Assembly (NCBI GenBank): GCA_025786725.1 | Contig: JAHLTZ010000074.1 | Coordinates: forward strand, 1-49,022 | Origin: Syncephalis fuscata S228 | Taxonomy: Eukaryota > Fungi > Zoopagomycota | Length of the DNA: 49,022 bases | Reading direction: 5' to 3' | The notes under the pieces: model-generated | What the model was told of the DNA's origin: nothing | The model's input: only the letters and a program-made list of their open reading frames with translations | Database searches by the model: none | Translations under genes and position numbers: made by a program | Shown here: positions 41,975 through 49,022 of the stretch, piece after piece | Layout of the letters: the number at the start of each line of letters is the position of its first letter | Numbering within the stretch: position 1 is the stretch's first letter

Positions 41975-44468
41975 GCAATACTACCATATGTCTATTAGTC
42001 CAACATCACTGGCGTGGTTACTAGCTGTGCTTAACAGTAGCATATTAATACGCAGCAATGTCTATTCGGCGCATCATATTGTCAATTATACAGTTTCAGC
42101 GTTGGTTCATGTAGCCATGACTGATCGTTAATAACTGCTGTCAATTTGCCAGCTATATCATTCGGCAAACATAATTGCCAATGCACTATTAACTGATATA
42201 TGTATTAACTATTTATATTACTTATAAGCACCGTGTGTGAACAATAGCACACTAGTACGTATTAATAGACTTCCGACCGCATACGCTATGAATGGTGCGT
42301 ATCAAACATAGCTAATATCATTGGGATCTGTGTGCTTACGTAGTATGGCTACTGACTACTATACAGCTACCGACGGCCACCAATGATGGCATTGATCGTA
42401 TTAGTAGCCGTCGATATATTGTACAATTGGTAGCATTTGTGATTACGTGCCATGCCGCAATCGTATACGATAGCGTAGTTGAATATACCGATAACGGTCT
42501 AGTAGTATCTAATCAGTTGCGCTAATATCATACGCAACTGTATACTATATAGTTACTGGTGACTAGAAATGCATAGCGTGTTAGCATACACATGGTAGGC
42601 AACAGGACATGCCATTATCATTGTATCAAATAGGTTATTAACCAGCTGGCAATCAGTGTAATATGTGTTTATACAGCTGCTGGCTTGTCAGATGTCGCTG
42701 ATGGCCGCACTATGCCATTAGACTGTTGATACACTTGAACAACACATATGATGCCATCTGTACTAATAGTCATCCATATTTGTATTGACATCCATGCTGC
42801 AGTAATTGCTAGCAGCAATATATTAATTATTTTACATATATTGCAGGTAGATATAGTGGCAGCTTGTATGTCACCAATGCGCTGTTTACAATGCAGTAAT
42901 GCAGCGACTGCTACATAGTAATACAATGACCATGGCATGCAAAACACATGCTGACATGTACCAGCTATATTTCGTGTAGCATACACGGCGACAATACAAA
43001 TACTAGCATTGGCAACTATATCGATATGCTTTAATCTATTGAGGCTGTATATACTGGCTATTGACATTCAATAGTACAGTATTACCAGTTGACATACTAC
43101 AAACAATATGCAGCTATTGATACATTATATAATAGTACATTGCTGTGTAGCAAGCATAGCCGCCATTGTGCCAGTTTTTATAATTGAGTTGCACATACTT
43201 ATGGTTTATTTACATATACAAATAACCATACGCTGCAATAATCACCCAGTATTACAACCGTTTACTGACATAGCGTATACATGTAACTGTAGCAGTTACA
43301 CTGACCACATCGCATATACTACTGATATTAACAGCAGTAGCCATGATAGTAATTGATATGTATTTTACAATGCTGCATTAATTGCAATGCCGAATTGTAA
43401 GCATTATCGTTTATAGTATGGCGATTGGCGCTGCTAATTTACGTACTATGCACTACCAACATGCATACGTTAGTGGCTGTTTTATGCAACTAACTTATCA
43501 TGCTACAAAGCAGTTGGCAACATAGCAGCTGTTACCCATAATGATTGTATATTTGATTTACTATCGTTTGTGTATTACACGACATGCTATGCACGGAATG
43601 CGTTGTATTAATGTGTTTGCTAATATATAGACAATCATTAACCAGTTTATACATAATTGCTGAAGCTGGTGTTACAGCGTTCGCAATATATCACTACGTA
43701 TTCACCATGTCGTTAAAGCTGCAGGCCGTTGTGCAATGCTATTCATACTGGCACACCACGTATAAGTAACGTATTGCATTGACCAACAACAGCACTGGCA
43801 CACCAACTGCCAATTGACGTGCCATGATCACGACTGGCCATTGATGTTAGTGTCAGTTATGTTACTAGACATTAGCATGCCATACACGGTCGATGTATCA
43901 ACACAACATGTATAGATGCAGCACTAACAAGCAGTATGGCTGATTAATATACAGCAATATATACCCGCTGATGAACATGCAAGTGTACACACAATATTAA
44001 CGGTTGACACAGCTGCTATGATCATGCAATAGCTAACAGTACCATTATAGGCAAATGGGAGTAGTGATCATTAATAATTAATTAGCAAACTAGTTGTTAG
44101 ACACAGCATTATTAGTTAATTAACTAATCATAAGCAAAATCATTATTAACTAATTGACGAGTATTAAATAGCAGCCATTATTAACTAATTAATTATTAAA
44201 CAACAGCCATTATTAGCTAATTGATTAACTGTTAAACAACAATCGCTATTAACTTAATTAACTAAACTAATTAACTGATCATTAACTAACTAGTTGATTG
44301 ACTAATATTAGCTGGCTATTACTATTGCTTTGACTAATTAACTAATTGACAAGTATTAAACACCAAGCATTATTAACTAACTAACTTAAACATCAATCAT
44401 TATTTATTAATTAACTAGCTATTAACTACTATCAAATAAATTATTATTGACTAATTAATTAACTATTA
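41975..44468 (-). repeat. Repeat family R, copy 4 (internally deleted; interrupted by the DIRS element and resuming at 48974-49022)
   Basis: GCAATACTACCATAT.TCTATTAGTCCAACATCAC at ~41975 matches ~30696. 42672-44030 is colinear with 32090-33440. After the DIRS element the sequence resumes ACTGGATTATTAATT...TAGTCTATATTCTAT, as at 34297-34425. Confidence 0.88.
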
Positions 44469-44633
44469 TTGCCTGTTGACAAAACTTTTTATTCTCGAAA
44501 TGTAGGTGATGTTACTAATTGCACTTAAATGGATATTAGGCTACTAGGGCCAAAGAGGAAAGAAAGGTAGAAATAAAGGAGAAAAGTTTCAGAACGTTCC
44601 AAACAACAGGCACCAGGGTCAGTGGCTGGGTGG

Positions 44634-44765
44634 GTGGAGGGACGAAGCAACTTAAAATAAAGGAGAAAAGTAGTGGAATCCGATGAATTGGATTCCTCGG
44701 CTTCCTTTATAGTTGTTTTGTCCCGACAATAAAGCGCTATTTAAAATTTTTAAATAGCCGCATTA
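44634..44765 (-). repeat. DIRS direct repeat A2 (132 bp)
   Basis: GTGGAGGGACGAAGC...AAATAGCCGCATTA, identical by eye to 48842-48973. Confidence 0.95.
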
Positions 44766-47657
44766 TTGCCTTATGTCTGGAGTAGACTGTTGCATGAAAT
44801 CAAACAGGGCAAAGTCGAAAGGTTGGGCTACATACTCCATTCGTATGTACCTTTGCATTGACGTCAAACTCGACCATATGCCTTGATACATTATCTTCGC
44901 GCTGCTGATACCAATGCTGTGGGTGGCGGACGCAAACGTGCGTCGTACGCTATGCGATGTTAATGTCTTAACCACCGCTGCTGGGGCACCCGCAGTCTTC
45001 ATTACCCGTTGTAATACTTGCGTGACGGTATAATGGCTCTGAAATATAGCCTTTTCAGTAAAAGGCGGGCTCCATATTGTTTCTGTATTACTACTAATAA
45101 ATTGTGTTGATTCCAAATAACGTCTGATGAGTGGTCCAACTATTGTGCGTGTTAAATCGATTGCAAGAATACGTCCTGCCTCATGCTTATGTCGTTTCGC
45201 GCCGTTAATTGTGATGGTAAGCATTGTATTCGTTACTTGTAAATCGGTCTTTTCTATCTTGAGTAGAGAAGAGGCACGCAGGCCGCATAACACGCCTATC
45301 AGAATGATGTTTAAGTCGCGTAATGCCACCTCGTCGGTCAACAAGCCATCATTCGATACGTAAGGAGCCAACCAGGAGGAAGGAAAAAATGAATTACTTT
45401 TTGATACGGTTGGATTTTCAGCAAAAGTCCAAGCTGCGTACCCTTTGGATAATTGTGTGAGTAGTGTTGATTCAACTTCAGGGAAGCCGAGGTGATTATT
45501 AATTGATCGTAACGCCGACATCCGTGCTTGTATAGTTGCAGGTGCCAACGCGCGTAAACTGGATGCGGCCATATAAACGGCCATCGCACCAATTTTTAGT
45601 GGAAAAGGGTGTTGCCCATACTCACGACAGAAACGCGCGTAACTGGAAACGTGGGAGCTATAAGTATTCCACGACGCTTCCGTATATTGTTTGTCGAGTA
45701 ATTGGAACAAACGCTGTTGTTGTTCTGGATCTAAATTGACGGGCAACTGTAGTTGCTCCGCCCAGGCGCGTGATAGCTGCGTGCGCAAATACGAGCTCCG
45801 TCCATGCGCGCCACCAAGATCTTCCAACTCGGATTGATCGCCGGTTCTGGAATGACGTCCGACCTTGTCATTACATTCGCCCAAACCCGAACGGAATCTA
45901 CTGGCAACACGGCGGTTGTTATCAACTGCACGAGAGGCCACCACGGCTGGCTGGTCCAACGAGGCAAGATGACGGTAGCTTGCGCGCGATCTCGTATTAA
46001 CTTGGTTAAGATTACGCCCATAAGGCCGAAAGGGGGATTGATAAAATTGTTTTCTCCCCGCCACGTAACCGACAGGGCATCTACCCCCTCGCACCCATCG
46101 TCTGCGTTGAGTGAATTGTAACGCGGTAGCAATGCGTTCCAGCCCGCCGCGAAACGATCTATGGTATGAGGGCCGAATGCTTCTTCTATCTCTTGGAACA
46201 TAGGTGCCGGTAGTTGCCAATCGGACTTTTGGACGATTCGCGACAGGAAATCCGCCGCCACGTTGTATCGACCGGGTAAGTACTTGATTAGCCCCATCAA
46301 ATGTATTTCTTCTTGCTGACAGAGATTCCAAACCCGACGAACGATCGCGTGCAAAGAAGCGCTGGACGAGGCGAAAGCATTGAGCGCGCCGAGAGAAGCT
46401 TGGGCGTCCATCATGGCCTGCACCACCGATTGACGAATGATCGTCTGGAAGTTTTTTACTGCGTATAGCAATCCCAACGCCTCTCTGTGCACTATGTGCA
46501 ACTCTTTCTCTTCCGCCCCCCACTGTCCGTAAGCCAATCTCTCTTCTCCTTGCCCGTCCACGATTGTTGCCCCCCATCCCTCGTCTGATGCATCCGTAGT
46601 AATAACGTAGTCGGGCGGACGCTGAATGATCGACGCGGCAGGCTGATTGCTCACGATTTTCAAAATTCGCCTCATCTCTCTGACGCTTGCATTGCTGACC
46701 TTGATCCGGGCTTGCCAATCCCCTCTCTTTTTCAGATCGTTGTATAATGCTCTTAGGTGCAACATTATATACGGGATTGCATGCCTCGCCGCGATCACCA
46801 CCCCCGTCACTTGCGCCACCTCCCGCGCCACCACCATCCTGGCTTTCTTCGCGCACATCTTTAAAACTCCTAGCAAGGTAAGCTTTATTTTCTCCCGATA
46901 TGAATCTGTCAGTTGAAATTCCATTGCGCGCAGATCTATACGGTAACCAAGATGATCTATTACCTGAGTCGGCTCCCACACACATTTCGTCGGATGTGGC
47001 TGTAATCCTAAACTTCTTAACAGCAATTGCGTCTTGAGCGGCCATTCCTGAGCCATTTGCACGTGATTGAGCAGAATCAGAAAGTCGTCTAGGTACGCCA
47101 GACAACGCAATCCTTGCTCGCGCAAATATTGCACCATGGGCCGCATTGTCTTGACGAAGAAATACGGGGACAGACTCCACCCGAACGGGAGGGATTGGTA
47201 CTGGTAATACCGACCTAGTATTTCCGTTTGAAAATACTTTTGCTGATTGGGACGTAGGCCCACCGCCAGATAACCATCCTTCAGATCGAAGGCTATGGCG
47301 CGGTCTTCCGGTTGAGCCAAGTACTTGAGCACTCTTAAGTCTTCGTAACGCATCGGCGATTCTGAACAGTGTTGGTTTAGATGTCGCAGGTCGATTATTA
47401 GGCGGTATCCCTGCGGCTTGCGAGGGATGATAAACGACGGCGACACGTGAATGGCTTGGCTGGCCGGGATTTCGATTATGGCACCGGCCTGCAATAATCG
47501 ATGAACTTCCTGCTGTAAGAACAGGACCTCCGCAGGATCGCGGGTCTGGTAGGATCGATAGCGGAACGGAGCAGGAGGCCCTTGCGCGCCCCATGGTACC
47601 GCTACGCCATGCCGGATCCACTTCATCACTCTTCGACTTGCCCCTATAGAATGCCAC
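44763..47657 (-). CDS. Tyrosine recombinase ORF (YR domain ~45760-44763; long N-terminal part overlaps pol in another frame)
   Basis: Core-binding helices (SWNTYSSHVSSYARFC...LAPATIQARMSAL) and catalytic residues GLRAS, GAKRHK, SHSVRR, GIWSSLTSMQRYIR. Confidence 0.92.
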   Translation of the reverse strand: MAFYRGKSKSDEVDPAWRSGTMGRARASCSVPLSILPDPRSCGGPVLTAGSSSIIAGRCHNRNPGQPSHSRVAVVYHPSQAAGIPPNNRPATSKPTLFRIADALRRLKSAQVLGSTGRPRHSLRSEGWLSGGGPTSQSAKVFSNGNTRSVLPVPIPPVRVESVPVFLRQDNAAHGAIFARARIALSGVPRRLSDSAQSRANGSGMAAQDAIAVKKFRITATSDEMCVGADSGNRSSWLPYRSARNGISTDRFISGENKAYLARSFKDVREESQDGGGAGGGASDGGGDRGEACNPVYNVAPKSIIQRSEKERGLASPDQGQQCKRQRDEANFENREQSACRVDHSASARLRYYYGCIRRGMGGNNRGRARRREIGLRTVGGGRERVAHSAQRGVGIAIRSKKLPDDHSSIGGAGHDGRPSFSRRAQCFRLVQRFFARDRSSGLESLSARRNTFDGANQVLTRSIQRGGGFPVANRPKVRLATTGTYVPRDRRSIRPSYHRSFRGGLERIATALQFTQRRRWVRGGRCPVGYVAGRKQFYQSPFRPYGRNLNQVNTRSRASYRHLASLDQPAVVASRAVDNNRRVASRFRSGLGECNDKVGRHSRTGDQSELEDLGGAHGRSSYLRTQLSRAWAEQLQLPVNLDPEQQQRLFQLLDKQYTEASWNTYSSHVSSYARFCREYGQHPFPLKIGAMAVYMAASSLRALAPATIQARMSALRSINNHLGFPEVESTLLTQLSKGYAAWTFAENPTVSKSNSFFPSSWLAPYVSNDGLLTDEVALRDLNIILIGVLCGLRASSLLKIEKTDLQVTNTMLTITINGAKRHKHEAGRILAIDLTRTIVGPLIRRYLESTQFISSNTETIWSPPFTEKAIFQSHYTVTQVLQRVMKTAGAPAAVVKTLTSHSVRRTFASATHSIGISSAKIMYQGIWSSLTSMQRYIRMEYVAQPFDFALFDFMQQSTPDIRQ

Positions 47658-47728
47658 CTTTTCCAGGCCGATCTTACACGTAAATGCAGGGGCTGATCGA
47701 CCGGAGGTGGCCGGTAGGATTCAGGCAT
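45731..47728 (-). CDS. Reverse transcriptase - RNase H - DNA N6-adenine methyltransferase-like polyprotein (first ATG 47728; frame open from 47809)
   Basis: RT: RLIIDLR, FDLKDGY, LPFGWSLSP, YLDD. RNase H: TTDASDEGWG, HREA, NVAADFLSR. MT: IDRFA...RYNS...DAL...W...INPPF...QPWWP. Confidence 0.95.
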   Translation of the reverse strand: MPESYRPPPVDQPLHLRVRSAWKRWHSIGASRRVMKWIRHGVAVPWGAQGPPAPFRYRSYQTRDPAEVLFLQQEVHRLLQAGAIIEIPASQAIHVSPSFIIPRKPQGYRLIIDLRHLNQHCSESPMRYEDLRVLKYLAQPEDRAIAFDLKDGYLAVGLRPNQQKYFQTEILGRYYQYQSLPFGWSLSPYFFVKTMRPMVQYLREQGLRCLAYLDDFLILLNHVQMAQEWPLKTQLLLRSLGLQPHPTKCVWEPTQVIDHLGYRIDLRAMEFQLTDSYREKIKLTLLGVLKMCAKKARMVVAREVAQVTGVVIAARHAIPYIMLHLRALYNDLKKRGDWQARIKVSNASVREMRRILKIVSNQPAASIIQRPPDYVITTDASDEGWGATIVDGQGEERLAYGQWGAEEKELHIVHREALGLLYAVKNFQTIIRQSVVQAMMDAQASLGALNAFASSSASLHAIVRRVWNLCQQEEIHLMGLIKYLPGRYNVAADFLSRIVQKSDWQLPAPMFQEIEEAFGPHTIDRFAAGWNALLPRYNSLNADDGCEGVDALSVTWRGENNFINPPFGLMGVILTKLIRDRAQATVILPRWTSQPWWPLVQLITTAVLPVDSVRVWANVMTRSDVIPEPAINPSWKILVARMDGARICARSYHAPGRSNYSCPSI

Positions 47729-48749
47729 TTCCGGCCCCGCCCGCCGGACCACCACCGCGCTGTGGCGGGGCGGATTTCTTGGGGTCGGTGGCCGTCGTGC
47801 CTTTACCAAGCTTGGTGGTGGAATGACTTAAACTTTTGAAAGTTTGCGCTGTCTCTGTCTTCCGTTTGGCCCGCAAAATCTCGGATTGGATGTTGCTGGT
47901 GTATCGGGTCATGCCAACCGTATCCATACGCGATTCCACCTGGCGGATGGCCTCATCACTCAATTCAGACCTGGCCCGGACCATTGAATAACGAGTTAAT
48001 ATAGTCCGTTCCAATACTTGCAACACGCAGGCTAACACCGTATACGCGGATGTACCCTCACGCATGTCCACATTCCACAATGACAAGGCTTGGATAGTCT
48101 TTACCAGGTAAAGCACCATGGATAACACAGCACGTCCTTCCCTTTGCCCTTCACCGGTAAGCTTGTTGAAGACGTCGTCTTGAATAGTGTTGAGATTTTG
48201 TGGTTTAGGATCCATGTAATTAACGATGGGAATAAAACCCACGAACGGCATGAATAAATCTTCCGTTTGGGCAAATTCAGAAGGCGATTCGTTAAAACGG
48301 GTTCCTCTAAGCAATAACTCCACGAAATCAGGTGAATTGGGATCCAACTCTTCCGGCAAATCCGTGTATTCAACATCCGTTCGCGCCACCCGGACCCGCG
48401 GATCCTCTCCTTCCGATTCCTCGTCTGGTTCCCTAGGGTCCCCGTCGTTTTGCGTCGAACGACCCGTACCAAGTCGTTTGGTGGCGATGATATGTCGCAT
48501 GCGATTCACGTCCTGCCGAGCAGTGGCGTTATGGCCGGATGCTTCGACCAGTTGATTTGCACCTGCCCTCGGCTCTTCCAACAGATGACCAGGCGTGTCA
48601 GTCTGATCATGGTCTTCAACGGGGCGGTTCGATCCGATCTTCATGGCTTGGGCAAGCTGGGTAACAATGGCAGCCAAATCCTCCTCGTGCAGGCGTACCA
48701 CTGATGACTCAGGTTCCTCTGAACCACTCTGGCTCTGATCTTCAGACAT
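47721..48749 (-). CDS. Gag-like ORF1 of the DIRS element
   Basis: First ORF downstream of A1, overlapping pol. Assigned by position; no zinc knuckle seen. Confidence 0.75.
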   Translation of the reverse strand: MSEDQSQSGSEEPESSVVRLHEEDLAAIVTQLAQAMKIGSNRPVEDHDQTDTPGHLLEEPRAGANQLVEASGHNATARQDVNRMRHIIATKRLGTGRSTQNDGDPREPDEESEGEDPRVRVARTDVEYTDLPEELDPNSPDFVELLLRGTRFNESPSEFAQTEDLFMPFVGFIPIVNYMDPKPQNLNTIQDDVFNKLTGEGQREGRAVLSMVLYLVKTIQALSLWNVDMREGTSAYTVLACVLQVLERTILTRYSMVRARSELSDEAIRQVESRMDTVGMTRYTSNIQSEILRAKRKTETAQTFKSLSHSTTKLGKGTTATDPKKSAPPQRGGGPAGGAGNA

Positions 48750-48841
48750 GTTTAAAGATAGTATATCTTATTTGTAAATAACAAGAATAAAAACCTTTGA
48801 CTTTGCTTAATCAAATATGAACGCTTTATTTTGAGTGCTTT

Positions 48842-48973
48842 GTGGAGGGACGAAGCAACTTAAAATAAAGGAGAAAAGTAGTGGAATCCGATGAATTGGA
48901 TTCCTCGGCTTCCTTTATAGTTGTTTTGTCCCGACAATAAAGCGCTATTTAAAATTTTTAAATAGCCGCATTA
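48842..48973 (-). repeat. DIRS direct repeat A1 (132 bp; element 5' end, with a TATAAA on the sense strand)
   Basis: Identical by eye to 44634-44765. Confidence 0.95.
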
Positions 48974-49022
48974 ACTGGATTATTAATTAACACAGTTTAA
49001 CTTATAGTCTATATTCTATTAT

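Larger units (their letters stand above)
44465..48973 (-). mobile_element. Intact tyrosine-recombinase retrotransposon (order DIRS; PAT-like direct-repeat layout with a methyltransferase domain)
   Basis: gag, RT-RH-MT and YR ORFs. 132-bp direct repeats. 4-bp ATTA core at both ends (44465-44468 and 48970-48973). Removing the element restores AACTATTAACTGGATTA, which is also present unoccupied at 34288-34304. Confidence 0.93.

Noticed and set aside
32586-43769. Short C/Y/I-rich ORFs in R copies and the core (also 4852-6179)
   Set aside because: Composition-driven. They are identical only where the DNA is recently duplicated and are not kept in diverged copies.
44763-45760. Tyrosine recombinase as a Starship captain mobilising the 32-kb block
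   Set aside because: It is part of a self-contained DIRS retroelement with its own 4-bp-core boundaries and lies outside the gene block.
7875-48704. Antisense and alternate-frame ORFs over PPR, BLTP2, LINE and DIRS sequences
   Set aside because: Shadows of real coding regions, with no independent motifs.
48842-48973. Self-cleaving ribozyme (hammerhead or twister) in repeat A
   Set aside because: CCGATGA and TAATGCGGC are suggestive, but I could not place the remaining core nucleotides or pseudoknot pairings on either strand.

Overview
Intron-containing eukaryotic DNA from a fungus. An early-diverging lineage (Zoopagomycota/Syncephalis-like) is my inference from the intron style and the F-box family. 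A block of six host genes at 7.8-28.5 kb (PPR protein, U1-zinc-finger WBP4/FBP21-like, AIM24-like, GGA adaptor, divergent F-box-like, BLTP2/FMP27 lipid-transfer protein) sits inside a hierarchy of inverted repeats from one AT-rich family ('R'). At the left end is a tandem array of about 1.14-kb foldback units. R copy 1 (+, ~2.2-7 kb) and copy 2 (-, ~30.1-34.5 kb) face each other around the gene block. R copy 3 (+, 35.5-39.5 kb) and copy 4 (-, 42.0-44.5 kb, resuming after 48,974) face each other around a gene-free 2.4-kb core. Two unrelated retroelements sit at the homologous position (AACT-ATTA-RCTGGATT) at the outer ends of copies 3 and 4: a 5'-truncated LINE with an 11-bp TSD, and an intact DIRS-order tyrosine-recombinase retrotransposon. 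The DIRS element has gag, RT-RNaseH-methyltransferase and YR ORFs, 132-bp direct repeats, and an internal circle junction that overlaps the YR stop codon. Every host gene carries single-base frameshifts, mostly at homopolymers, probably long-read consensus errors. All identities were judged by eye.
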